Below, piece after piece: positions 45,925 through 55,283 of a stretch of DNA of 64,000 bases. The stretch covers positions 1 to 64,000 of the IMG/VR virus record IMGVR_UViG_3300028591_000203. One strand, 5' to 3'. Position 1 is the first letter of the stretch; every line of letters starts with the position of its first letter. Source of the stretch: a virus. Position numbers and translations under genes: made by a program. The notes beneath the pieces were generated by a model. That model searched no databases and had not been told where the DNA came from. It worked only from the letters and a program-made list of their open reading frames with translations.

Positions 45925-46355
45925 TGAAAAAGACTAAACCTAAGTTCAAACTGGACGAGGATTTAGCTCAGCTTATGGATGATGCTTCAGAGGTTTCAGG
46001 TAATTCTGAGACCTCTGAAAAGAAAACTACGGCAAAAGAAACTGTAGTCATTAATATTCCAATTACTGATACTGATGATGATATTAGTATCTCTCTTAAA
46101 AATCTAATCAATTCAAGTGGCATTACTAATCAGGAATTATACGATATTAAAGGACAGAGAAATGCCTATAATATGGTATATTCTTTTAGAACAAAAGGAC
46201 AGCTTGGTATTGATAGAATCAAAGAGTGGGCTAAAATCCTTCATAAGAAACCAGTACTTACATTCGTAGATATGACAGATGAAGAAGCTAAAATTGCTGA
46301 TGCAGAATTAGCTAATGACAAAAAAGAGAAGGACACAAAAAAGAAGAAAAAGTAA
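45924..46355 (+). CDS. hypothetical protein
   Basis: Start overlaps the previous stop (TAATG). Confidence 0.4.
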   Translation: MKKTKPKFKLDEDLAQLMDDASEVSGNSETSEKKTTAKETVVINIPITDTDDDISISLKNLINSSGITNQELYDIKGQRNAYNMVYSFRTKGQLGIDRIKEWAKILHKKPVLTFVDMTDEEAKIADAELANDKKEKDTKKKKK

Positions 46356-46422
46356 AAATAAAAGATAGCCATCTGGGAAATCCAGATGGCTATTTATTAA
46401 ATAAGAAAGGAATGTATGATTT

Positions 46423-46623
46423 ATGGCTAAAAATAGCAGCTCTAAGAAAACTGGAGGAGGATTTGGCTTTGTTGGAGGTTTGACTCTTTTATTCATTGGT
46501 CTTAAATTATGTAAAGTGATTAACTGGAGTTGGATTTGGGTAATTTCTCCTATTTGGATTACTGTAGCATTAGTTATTGGTTTATTTATCCTAGGAATGA
46601 TTATAGGATATTTTTCAAAGTAA
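46423..46623 (+). CDS. small two-TM membrane protein
   Basis: Hydrophobic segments GGFGFVGGLTLLFIGL and WVISPIWITVALVIGLFILGMIIGYF. Confidence 0.4.
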   Translation: MAKNSSSKKTGGGFGFVGGLTLLFIGLKLCKVINWSWIWVISPIWITVALVIGLFILGMIIGYFSK

Positions 46624-46674
46624 AGGCAATAACTCCTAGTATTGCCTTATAATAAGAAAGGCAAGGTGCTACAT

Positions 46675-46956
46675 ATGTCTAGAAGTTTTAGAAAGCATCC
46701 CATGTGGATTGATTCAACTATGAAAAAACATGGAAAAAGATATGCTAATCGTAAAGTAAGACATTCAAAAGGTCTTCCTAATGGTTCATATTATAAAAGA
46801 TTATATGATTCTTGGGAAATATGCGACTATAAATGGCTTGCTGATAGCAAATCCTCAATAAAAAGTAAATGGAAAAAAGGTGATCGTGAAATACATGATA
46901 CCTATAATAATTTACAGGAAGCTATCAGATTTGGTAGAAGAGGATTTGGTAAATAA
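46675..46956 (+). CDS. small basic protein
   Basis: The ATG at 46675 (MSRSF) is the first in-frame ATG after purine-rich AGAAAGGCAAGG; no strong AGGAGG RBS. The ORF track starts at 46642. Confidence 0.35.
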   Translation: MSRSFRKHPMWIDSTMKKHGKRYANRKVRHSKGLPNGSYYKRLYDSWEICDYKWLADSKSSIKSKWKKGDREIHDTYNNLQEAIRFGRRGFGK

Positions 46957-46961
46957 TTTAA

Positions 46962-47001
46962 AACCCTTAAGACAAACGTCTTAAGGGTTATTTTTTTTTT
47001 A
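46962..47001 (+). terminator. intrinsic terminator
   Basis: aacccttaagac-aaac-gtcttaagggtt followed by T11. Confidence 0.8.
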
Positions 47002-47010
47002 GGAACATAG

Positions 47011-47048
47011 AAAAAAAAATCCTTAAGACAAAAAGTCTTAAGGATTTT
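47011..47048 (-). terminator. intrinsic terminator (minus strand)
   Basis: A9 on the plus strand, then atccttaagac-aaaaa-gtcttaaggat. Same stem family as the preceding terminator. Confidence 0.8.
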
Positions 47049-47055
47049 AAAATAA

Positions 47056-48252
47056 TTATTTTTCCTGATCTGCAGTAGTATAATTTACATATCTAACCTT
47101 ATCAGCTATCCATTCTGCAATAATATAAACTACATATAATGTTGTAGCAACAGTTGTATAATTTGTTATATTACTTATAAAAATTGGGCCTACTAAACCA
47201 GCAATGGCCCAAGATGTTAATGATAATCCATGAATCTTTGAAATGTTTTTAGATCCATAAATATCTGACAGAAGAGAAGGAAGACAGCTAAATCCAGCTC
47301 CATATCCAGCAGCAATAACACAAAATGCGATAAATGTAATAGTAGGATTGGTCTTACCAATTGTAAAGATAACAGCTAAGGCTTCAAACATTGTTATGTA
47401 TCGATAAATATCAATTCTTTTCTTAAGTTTATCTGAAATAGTTGCAATTACAATTCTTCCTAATCCATTAAATATACCCATAACGCTTACTAATAATACT
47501 GGATTCATCTGAAATGAATTAGGATGTTCAGCATTAGTATTAATCATTAATGTTTTTGCTACAGAAATTAATGCAATTCCTGAAGCAATATTAATAAACA
47601 TAATTAGCCAAATCTTTCTAAAGTTTTTATCTTTCCACATTGACATCATTTTAAAATTAGAATTTTCAACTTCATCTTCTTTCCACCAAGAAGGTTTCTT
47701 AAGAAGCAAAGATGCAATAAACATTGGAATTAAATAAATAACTGCTAAATAAATGAATGTCTGTTCAAGGCTATAATGACTGATTAAATAATTATTTAAC
47801 CATGCTGCAATGGTACTAGCAAAACCAAATGCACATACAGCAATTCCTGTTGCAAGACCCTTATTATCCTTAAACCACAACATAAGAGTTTTAACAGGTG
47901 TAAGATATCCAGTTCCTAATCCAATTCCCATAATAACACCGTATCCTAAATAGATAAGTGCTATTGAATTAACATGAATACCTAAAGCAGTTAAAAGTAA
48001 ACCACTACAAAAGAAACCTAAACTTACTCTTGAAGAAACATGAATATTTCTTTCAACAAGTCTTCCTCCAAAAGCAGCAGACATTCCTAGAAAGAATATT
48101 GCTAAAGAGAATGCAAACTGAACAACTGAAGTGCTTTTGCCAATCTTATCGGCAATACTTGGAGCTAATGTGCTCCAAGCGTATACTGAACCAATTGATC
48201 CATGAATCAGAATTGCAGGTAAAGCACCATTTAACCATTTATTTTCTTTCAT
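47056..48252 (-). CDS. MFS transporter (oxalate/formate antiporter-like, 12 TM)
   Basis: Alternating hydrophobic helices throughout. Gly-rich MFS-type TM packing. 398 aa. Confidence 0.75.
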   Translation of the reverse strand: MKENKWLNGALPAILIHGSIGSVYAWSTLAPSIADKIGKSTSVVQFAFSLAIFFLGMSAAFGGRLVERNIHVSSRVSLGFFCSGLLLTALGIHVNSIALIYLGYGVIMGIGLGTGYLTPVKTLMLWFKDNKGLATGIAVCAFGFASTIAAWLNNYLISHYSLEQTFIYLAVIYLIPMFIASLLLKKPSWWKEDEVENSNFKMMSMWKDKNFRKIWLIMFINIASGIALISVAKTLMINTNAEHPNSFQMNPVLLVSVMGIFNGLGRIVIATISDKLKKRIDIYRYITMFEALAVIFTIGKTNPTITFIAFCVIAAGYGAGFSCLPSLLSDIYGSKNISKIHGLSLTSWAIAGLVGPIFISNITNYTTVATTLYVVYIIAEWIADKVRYVNYTTADQEK

Positions 48253-48291
48253 TTTTTTATCAAACCTTTCTTATTATTATATATAATTTCT

Positions 48292-48894
48292 TTAGGTAAA
48301 AAGTTTATACCAATTATTAACATGCTCTAAGAAATCTAAATCCATATAAAGTTTATCATAATTTGTTCCAAGTCTGAATAAATGAATTCCATGAGGTTCA
48401 TTTGTAACATTTTTTGTAAAATCATCCCAATGTTTAATTTGAAAATCAATAAAAGCTTTATCACTACCTCTAAGGTACATTCTTCCAACCCATTCATTTA
48501 GCATATCATTACTAGGATATACTGTAACATAATTAATACCTTCATCCATAAGTGCTTGTCTAACTTCTAGATGAGAACTTACGAAGATAAAATCAACTTT
48601 ACCAATATTTTCCTTAATATGCTGAATGTAATCATTAATAAAATTAGGATTTCTTACTTTAATAATATCATCTTTAATTTTATTAATATATCCTTCACCA
48701 GATAATAAATGAAGTTCAGAATTCCATGATCTTTTAATAGCTTCTAGTTCTTTAGGAGTTCTTTTTCTTTCAATCCAACTAAATTTAGAACTATCACTAT
48801 CAAGTATAGAATATTTATCCTGATAGTTTTTAAATGCATATGATTTTCCACAACAAGGAAATGCACTAATTACAATTGTATCTTTATTTTCCAT
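48292..48894 (-). CDS. P-loop nucleotide/nucleoside kinase-like protein
   Basis: Walker A VISAFPCCGKSY near the N-terminus. Size typical of dNMP kinases. Confidence 0.4.
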   Translation of the reverse strand: MENKDTIVISAFPCCGKSYAFKNYQDKYSILDSDSSKFSWIERKRTPKELEAIKRSWNSELHLLSGEGYINKIKDDIIKVRNPNFINDYIQHIKENIGKVDFIFVSSHLEVRQALMDEGINYVTVYPSNDMLNEWVGRMYLRGSDKAFIDFQIKHWDDFTKNVTNEPHGIHLFRLGTNYDKLYMDLDFLEHVNNWYKLFT

Positions 48895-49117
48895 TTTCTT
48901 TTATCCCTTCTATATAATTTTCAACTAAATTATTTTTTTCAATATTATAAAATGTAAAAGTGTTTTTAGCTTTCATTTCTTTAATATAATTTTCTAAAGC
49001 ACCTTTAACACTTTCTTCACTATAAAATCTACCATTTCTATTTATTGAGCCACTCATCTTACTTGTTAAATCGTTTAAAATTGAAATATCGTGTAATACA
49101 GCATTCTTCTTATCCAT
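48884..49117 (-). CDS. hypothetical small protein
   Basis: ORF track. Confidence 0.3.
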   Translation of the reverse strand: MDKKNAVLHDISILNDLTSKMSGSINRNGRFYSEESVKGALENYIKEMKAKNTFTFYNIEKNNLVENYIEGIKENGK

Positions 49118-49119
49118 AT

Positions 49120-49641
49120 TTACACCACCAATTTTACCTTTAAAACAAATGATGTAATATCATTTATTACATTATTATTAGATTCATCACGATGACAATG
49201 ACCTCTAATGACTAAATAATATTTATCAATATTAGATTTTTGCATTTTAAATTGTTTTGCCATTGATGTATTTAATAATTTAAAACTAATATACACTTTA
49301 TTTCCAATAGAAAAACAACTTTTGAATGTACCTATTACAGATGTTGGATTAATACAAAAATTGTTTTCTGGAAAAGGACCACCTGTATGAATAAGTATAT
49401 TATTAGAGTTTACTCTTTCTAAAAAACTTTCATTGGTTAAAATATATGATTTTATTTGATCTAAAGTTATTTCATTTTCAGGAATTAACATAAGAGGTAA
49501 TGTACATATTTCATCATCATTTTCCTCTTTTTCAATTAGTTTTTCAACCTTTTTATTAATTTCTGTAAAATGATCTTTATTATCAGTAGTAATTGAAATA
49601 TTATATTTACCGTTAGTAAAAGTTGCAGTACTTTCAATCAT
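49120..49641 (-). CDS. hypothetical protein
   Basis: ORF track. Confidence 0.4.
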   Translation of the reverse strand: MIESTATFTNGKYNISITTDNKDHFTEINKKVEKLIEKEENDDEICTLPLMLIPENEITLDQIKSYILTNESFLERVNSNNILIHTGGPFPENNFCINPTSVIGTFKSCFSIGNKVYISFKLLNTSMAKQFKMQKSNIDKYYLVIRGHCHRDESNNNVINDITSFVLKVKLVV

Positions 49642-49657
49642 TTCAAAACCTCCATTC

Positions 49658-49867
49658 TTATAATAAAGATAAATATTGATTTACTATACAATTAGTAAAT
49701 TCAAAATATTTGAAAGGTTCTTCTGCTTTTAATATTTCTATCCCTATTGGTTGATATTCAAAATGTTCATAATGCTCTAAACTAATAATTGGTGGCGGTG
49801 GTGGCTGACCTACTGGTATACTTTTTTTATCATAAAGTTTTATTTTCTGTTTATATAATTTATTCAT
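49658..49867 (-). CDS. hypothetical small protein (PPPPP motif)
   Basis: ORF track. Confidence 0.3.
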   Translation of the reverse strand: MNKLYKQKIKLYDKKSIPVGQPPPPPIISLEHYEHFEYQPIGIEILKAEEPFKYFEFTNCIVNQYLSLL

Positions 49868-49885
49868 AAATATCTCCTATATAAA

Positions 49886-49920
49886 AAAAGAAAGGGCGAA
49901 ATTAATCGCCCTTTCTTTAT
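49886..49920 (-). terminator. intrinsic terminator (minus strand)
   Basis: aaagaaagggcga-aattaa-tcgccctttcttt with a T-run on the minus strand. Confidence 0.7.
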
Positions 49921-49925
49921 ATTAA

Positions 49926-52106
49926 TTAAAAATAACACTTTTCATAAGTTGTCTTTACATTCATAACAAGATCCTTGTCAAGAAGCTTATCGTGTCCAGT
50001 ATAAGTCTTTACTTCATCCTTCTTTGTATCTGCAAGCTTAGCAGGATCAAACCACTTACCACAAAGAACCTTTGCAATTCTGATACCAGCAAGCTTAGCT
50101 CTTGTCTCTGCAAGAAGAGCCTTAAGTGAATCAAGAACTACTTCTGACTCAAAATCAGACTTATGAGAGAATGCTTCTACAAGATAAGCATCACCATTTG
50201 CTGGCTTTTCAATCATAGGCATATTCTTATCATCAAACTTAATTGAGGAAAGCTTGTTGAATCCCTTAAGAGAGAATTCAAATGATCTTGCCATATAATA
50301 ATCACTGTCTTCTACAGAAGGTACAGAAGTACTGATACCGTTATAGATACCATTCTTAATTCCATACTCTTCAAGAAGAGCACACTGCTCATCAGTGTAC
50401 TTAGTCTGCTCCCAAGTCTTCTTAGTATCCTTAGTGAGTTCCTTTGCAAGCTTAAGCTGTGCCTTATACTTATTTTCCTTTCTTACAAGGTCAAATACTG
50501 TTTCGATATCAGCATTACCCATTCCTGCATTAACAATTGGAATCTTAGTAAGATCAATTGTCATGTAAGTCTTATCGTCCTTACCTTCAATGCTAGTTAC
50601 TGCATAATCAAAGTGCTTCATGATATCACTTGCTGTTCTCTGATTTACAATAACATTAAGCTCTTCCATGTTAAGGAATCCATCCTTTACAATTGTATGA
50701 TTACGGAAAATCTTACAATCATATTCTGGATTAAGGCCAACATTCTTTGCCTGTTTTGGATTAATTGAAACAGTTCCAGGAATCTCAAAGCCAATTGAAA
50801 TATTAAGCTTAGATGCATTATACGTAATATTTTCAATAGGTGAAGTATTCTCCTCATACTTCTTCTTGAACATATTGAAAGAGTCTGTAGTTGCTCTACC
50901 AATTCTCTTATAGTTGTTATTTACAACATAAAGATTTTCCTTGCTCTGTGTAAGAATTGCAAGAAGATTAACAAGACAAGGAGTATTTTCATCAGGTACA
51001 TAATTTGCTGGAGCAGTACCCTTATTTCTATCCTTATTTCTGAATGCAGCATTCTTAAGCTTCTTCTTGAATTTTTCAATCTCATCAGGAGTAAATGCTG
51101 CAATCTGAGCATCAGTCATAGGCTTATCTGCAAGAGACTTACCAAGAATGCACATTGCGGTATATCTATCTCCAAAGCAATATTCAGCAAGAGCAAGCTT
51201 ATACATAATAGCATCAATTCTTGTTGAGGGAATAGTCTTATTACCACCGTCATTAAAATCTTCGCCATTTACTGTTCCTGTAAGATTTCCACCATCATTT
51301 ACAACAACAAACTGGTTGGTCTTCTTATCAATATGATTAAGAGAAACCTTTTCATGATACTTACTTACATTATTAGAAGTAAAATAGTAAATATCTGCAC
51401 CAGGAATAGTGATCTCTACACTATCCTTCTCAAGATTTCTTGCTCTCTCAGCATTCTCTTCAAAAATAGTATGATACTCATCAATCTTTGAAGAATGAAT
51501 GAACTGACCGAAGTTTGAAGTAGATGCCCACTTATTAAGGACATCTTCATCACAATAGTTGCCATAACCAATTGTGTTGAAGGCGATAATCTTATCCTTA
51601 ATTCTGTCAAGTACAGCCTGTACTCTATTATGCTCTTCTGTAGTAGACCAAGGAGTAACAGCACAACCATCTGTAAATAGTGTTACAGAAAAGTTAGGAC
51701 AAAGTGCTGTAAGTTCATCAACAATTCTTTCAGTCTCTTCAACTGATTCTGAGAAGCAAGTACAACCAACTGTACTCTTAAGAGAATCAAGAACTCTGAA
51801 AGAAGATTCCTGATTTACAGGATCATTCTTAATACCCTTAAGAACTGTTCTAAACTCTCCTGCAGATGAGAACCAAATTACTGTGTAATAATCAGTACTG
51901 TTCATCTGTGTGATAGTCTTCTTACAGTCTTCCATAAGCTGATCAATGCTATGCCACATTGAACCAGATCTATCTAGAATCTGGATGTGATGAATTGAGT
52001 CTGGAATCTTCTTCTCTTCTACCTTATCCTTCTTATAGTCAAGAAGCCATACACTTTTGTCACCACCAGCCACGTTCATGATTTTAGACATTACTTTAAT
52101 ACTCAT
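49926..52106 (-). CDS. von Willebrand factor A (vWA) domain protein, 726 aa
   Basis: N-terminal MIDAS motif IQILDRSGSM (DxSxS) followed by a conserved T and D in VLDSLKSTVGCTCFSESVEETERIVDELTALCPNFSVTLFTDG. GC-richer codons. Confidence 0.6.
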   Translation of the reverse strand: MSIKVMSKIMNVAGGDKSVWLLDYKKDKVEEKKIPDSIHHIQILDRSGSMWHSIDQLMEDCKKTITQMNSTDYYTVIWFSSAGEFRTVLKGIKNDPVNQESSFRVLDSLKSTVGCTCFSESVEETERIVDELTALCPNFSVTLFTDGCAVTPWSTTEEHNRVQAVLDRIKDKIIAFNTIGYGNYCDEDVLNKWASTSNFGQFIHSSKIDEYHTIFEENAERARNLEKDSVEITIPGADIYYFTSNNVSKYHEKVSLNHIDKKTNQFVVVNDGGNLTGTVNGEDFNDGGNKTIPSTRIDAIMYKLALAEYCFGDRYTAMCILGKSLADKPMTDAQIAAFTPDEIEKFKKKLKNAAFRNKDRNKGTAPANYVPDENTPCLVNLLAILTQSKENLYVVNNNYKRIGRATTDSFNMFKKKYEENTSPIENITYNASKLNISIGFEIPGTVSINPKQAKNVGLNPEYDCKIFRNHTIVKDGFLNMEELNVIVNQRTASDIMKHFDYAVTSIEGKDDKTYMTIDLTKIPIVNAGMGNADIETVFDLVRKENKYKAQLKLAKELTKDTKKTWEQTKYTDEQCALLEEYGIKNGIYNGISTSVPSVEDSDYYMARSFEFSLKGFNKLSSIKFDDKNMPMIEKPANGDAYLVEAFSHKSDFESEVVLDSLKALLAETRAKLAGIRIAKVLCGKWFDPAKLADTKKDEVKTYTGHDKLLDKDLVMNVKTTYEKCYF

Positions 52107-52187
52107 AAATTAATTCCTCCTAAAAAGTTTAAAATAATATATGGTAAAGATTCACTTTACCATATATATAATATAAGTTTATTTTTA

Positions 52188-52679
52188 TTAATCAAAATAT
52201 TTACATATAAATAAATTGATATTTTCTTCATTTCCAAAGATTTCTACAAATAATGGAAGAACTTCTTCATCCCAATTACCATCAGCTAATCCACATCCAT
52301 ATTTATAAGGAATTGCTAAAGTACAACCATTTGGAAATGCATGTTTAGCTTCTTCTTTGATTTTATTAAAACAAGTTTTAATTCCTTCAAGATCAGTATG
52401 TCTTTCATTTCTAAGATTTACTCCTCTTTGTGTAAAGCAATTAAGAATTAATTGTCTTTTATTTAATTTTTCATTGTATACTTTACAAGGAATAAATTCT
52501 CCAATAATATCATTATTTTTATTCATTGTACAGAATTGTTTATATGACATTACTGCTTCTGGATACTTGGTAGAAATCTGTGCGGCTAATCCTGCTCCCA
52601 TAATACCAATAGTATTAACCTGATGAGCAATCATATCTACATCTTGTTCTAATATATCTCCTTTAATAAAAGTAACCAT
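52188..52679 (-). CDS. macro domain protein (ADP-ribose binding / ADP-ribosyl hydrolase fold)
   Basis: GDILEQDVDMIAHQVNTIGIMGAGLAAQI matches the macro signature GDI-x-DAIVNAAN-x-L-x-GGGV-x-AI. Confidence 0.6.
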   Translation of the reverse strand: MVTFIKGDILEQDVDMIAHQVNTIGIMGAGLAAQISTKYPEAVMSYKQFCTMNKNNDIIGEFIPCKVYNEKLNKRQLILNCFTQRGVNLRNERHTDLEGIKTCFNKIKEEAKHAFPNGCTLAIPYKYGCGLADGNWDEEVLPLFVEIFGNEENINLFICKYFD

Positions 52680-52719
52680 ATTATCAATCCTTTCTATATA
52701 TTGTATATATAAAGGTGTT

Positions 52720-53148
52720 TCACTTTTTCTTTTTTAGCTCTTCTCTAACTTTCATTAGAATTTTTCCAAGATGATTTTCTCCGACACCATTTACTGTACC
52801 CCAAATGGTATCACCCCAATTATTACCCTCTTCAAGAATTATATTTCCTGTTTTAATTAACTTTTTTGCAAGATTAGGATTTTGTTCAAATTTAGCTTTA
52901 ACTATTTCATACATAATTGGAAATTTAAGAGTATCCCAATTATCTCTAAGTCTAACTTTTCTTCCTAACTTTTTTCCTTTTTCTGGTTTAAGTGTTGCAA
53001 ATTCTTCTCTCATTTCAATGTCAGTTGTTTTTTGTGCTTGAAAAGCACATTCTGCATTACGATATTTAATTCCATCATAAATTATTGGACAACTATAAAA
53101 ATTACTTAAAAAGAAATATTCATCTCTAAATGAATCAATCTTTTTCAT
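52720..53148 (-). CDS. NADAR (YbiA-like, DUF1768) domain protein
   Basis: YFFLSNFYSCPIIYDGIKYRNAECAFQAQK and the C-terminal NHLGKILMKVRE match NADAR family hallmarks. Confidence 0.7.
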   Translation of the reverse strand: MKKIDSFRDEYFFLSNFYSCPIIYDGIKYRNAECAFQAQKTTDIEMREEFATLKPEKGKKLGRKVRLRDNWDTLKFPIMYEIVKAKFEQNPNLAKKLIKTGNIILEEGNNWGDTIWGTVNGVGENHLGKILMKVREELKKKK

Positions 53149-53209
53149 AACTTATCCTCCTTGAAATTTTGATTATAAATATGAGTTATTTTAAAAATTT
53201 ATTTTTAAT

Positions 53210-53248
53210 CGTATTAAATAATCATACCAAATATGTATTATAATTGTG
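53210..53248 (+). promoter_or_regulatory. conserved bipartite phage promoter, copy 5 (CGTATTAAA-N17-TATTATAATTGTG)
   Basis: Exact 17-nt spacing. 78-nt leader with a ttggga/tcccaa stem. Confidence 0.55.
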
Positions 53249-53325
53249 GTTGGGAGAACTCTCACATACTTAGCTGACCGACTTTGTATGTTCCCAATAC
53301 AGTATAGGTCAATGGAGGTACTATT

Positions 53326-53754
53326 ATGGTATCCAACATCGTTATTTTCGAACGGTCAAAGGTGGCCGTTCGAGAAGCGCTTCAGGCTGCCAATAAAATG
53401 GCTAGTGGTCTGAAGATGCTTCAGACAACTGATATGCCAGGAGATTATCCTCCTGCATATCTCATTATTTCCGATGAACTGACTGCGCAGACAGTTTGCG
53501 CAATTAGCACTCATCGAAAGAATGATCATTTGGTTTTAAGAGTATGGTCGCCCTTTACCGAGACTATTGTTAATGAAGATGGTAGTCTCGGTAAAGATCA
53601 GCCTCATTACGATTTTGAGTACCGTAACGAGGCTGATTTCGATGGTAATGCCAGAGAGATTGGTCGGTTAATCTGGCATTATAACAAACTCCTGTGGGAT
53701 TGGCATATGACCTATTCGCAGGACTTTGAGTGTTTTGATCTTGACAAAGATTAA
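53326..53754 (+). CDS. hypothetical protein, promoter-cassette gene (about 45% GC)
   Basis: RBS GGAGGTACTATT. No recognisable family. Confidence 0.45.
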   Translation: MVSNIVIFERSKVAVREALQAANKMASGLKMLQTTDMPGDYPPAYLIISDELTAQTVCAISTHRKNDHLVLRVWSPFTETIVNEDGSLGKDQPHYDFEYRNEADFDGNAREIGRLIWHYNKLLWDWHMTYSQDFECFDLDKD

Positions 53755-53759
53755 GTAAG

Positions 53760-53945
53760 ATCAAAGAAAGTTTATACCTTGTACTTTAAAACAAGGAGTT
53801 TCCTGTATACTGCGATAGGGCAACCAAGTAGTATACTGAAAATAAAAGAGGTTTATGCACTGTACCTCTGCGGTGAAAACAGTGAGTTTAAATGATGTGA
53901 TAGAGTAGGCGGTCCTCTATCACATCATTTTCTATATTTTTTTTT
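53760..53945 (+). ncRNA. candidate structured RNA / long 3' UTR ending in a strong intrinsic terminator
   Basis: No ORF in this region. Four hairpins: ccttgt/acaagg, gtatact/agtatac, cactgt/acagtg, and gatgtgatagag/ctctatcacatc followed by T9. Confidence 0.3.
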
Positions 53946-54136
53946 ATAAAAATTCTTTTTAAATATATATTATTGCTATGGTTATAATAACCAAATATCT
54001 TTAGGAGGATTGAAAAATGTACAATTTTTATCATGGACCAGAAGATGAAGAAAACTACAACGATGAGTTAGGTTATCCAGATGAAGATAACTATGGAGAC
54101 GAAGATTAATATAAATAAGTAAGGAGAAAATTTATT

Positions 54137-55273
54137 ATGGCTGATATGAATATTATTAATGTAGGTACTGAGTTTAATATCTACCGTGCAGATTCTGTAA
54201 AGACATTTAAGAAACTTCCAACACAGATTTATAAGATCTGTTTTCAGAAGTTCAAGGGATTCTACCTTGATACTTATCAGGGTCTAGACATCAAAGAGAA
54301 AGTCTATGGTGTCCATCAGAATAAAGTAAATAAAGTGATTAACTCATTTAATCATTTTGAAAGAAGCCTTGGTGTAATCCTGTCAGGAGATAAGGGAATT
54401 GGTAAGTCTCTGTTCTCAAAGATGCTTGCACAGGAGTGTCTTAAGCAGGATATCCCTGTAATTGTGGTAGATGCATGGTATCCTGCAATTGCAGATTTTA
54501 TTGAGTCCATCCAGCAGGAAGTGATGATTCTGTTTGATGAGTTCGATAAGACTTTTGGTGAGGTTAACACTCCTGAAGGATCTGCAACCCCTCAGACAGA
54601 ACTTCTTAGTCTCTTTGATGGTATTTCAACTACTACAAAGAGATTATATGTCATTACTTGCAATGAGCTTAGAAAGCTTAATGACTATCTAGTAAATCGT
54701 CCTGGTAGATTCCACTATCACTTCAGATTTGAGTATCCAACGTCTGAAGAGGTAAAGCTTTATCTTGAAGAAAAGGTTGACCCCAAGTATCATGATCAGA
54801 TTACAGATGTAATCGGATTTACAAAGAGAACTGATATCAACTATGATTGCCTTAGAGCAATTGCTTTCGAACTCAATATGGGTTCAACATTTAAGGAAGC
54901 AATTAGAGATCTTAATATTCTTAATATTAATGACACTTCCGCTTATACAATCAAGGTTTTCTTCGAGGATGGCTCTTCTGTAACTCGTAAGAAGTATAGA
55001 ATGAATCAGGACGACGAGTATGAGAGCAATTGCTGGTTCAGTCCTGATAAGGGAGAAAACGAATTTATCTGCTGTGAATTTACTCCATCAGATATTGCTT
55101 GGGATGAGAAGCTGTTTAAGTATGCTCTTATGCCAGATCAGTTCAAATATTGGTGTGACGAAGATTATTGTAAGGATGATCCTGAACTCTTCAAGTCATA
55201 CAACAACAAGAAGCCTATCTACATGACATTTGAAAGAGACTTTAAGGTAGATAGAATGCACTATGCTCTTTAA
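54137..55273 (+). CDS. classic-clade AAA+ ATPase
   Basis: Walker A GDKGIGKS. Walker B ILFDEFD. Second region of homology with VNRPGRFHYHFRF matching the AAA Arg-finger consensus RPGRFD. Confidence 0.7.
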   Translation: MADMNIINVGTEFNIYRADSVKTFKKLPTQIYKICFQKFKGFYLDTYQGLDIKEKVYGVHQNKVNKVINSFNHFERSLGVILSGDKGIGKSLFSKMLAQECLKQDIPVIVVDAWYPAIADFIESIQQEVMILFDEFDKTFGEVNTPEGSATPQTELLSLFDGISTTTKRLYVITCNELRKLNDYLVNRPGRFHYHFRFEYPTSEEVKLYLEEKVDPKYHDQITDVIGFTKRTDINYDCLRAIAFELNMGSTFKEAIRDLNILNINDTSAYTIKVFFEDGSSVTRKKYRMNQDDEYESNCWFSPDKGENEFICCEFTPSDIAWDEKLFKYALMPDQFKYWCDEDYCKDDPELFKSYNNKKPIYMTFERDFKVDRMHYAL

Positions 55274-55283
55274 TTAGTGATAA

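Noticed and set aside
53600-53650. NEADFDGNAREIG in the 53326 product resembling the RNAP beta-prime catalytic NADFDGDQM motif
   Set aside because: The protein is only 142 aa and the third Asp is replaced by Asn. There is no flanking double-psi beta-barrel context, so this is most likely a chance match.
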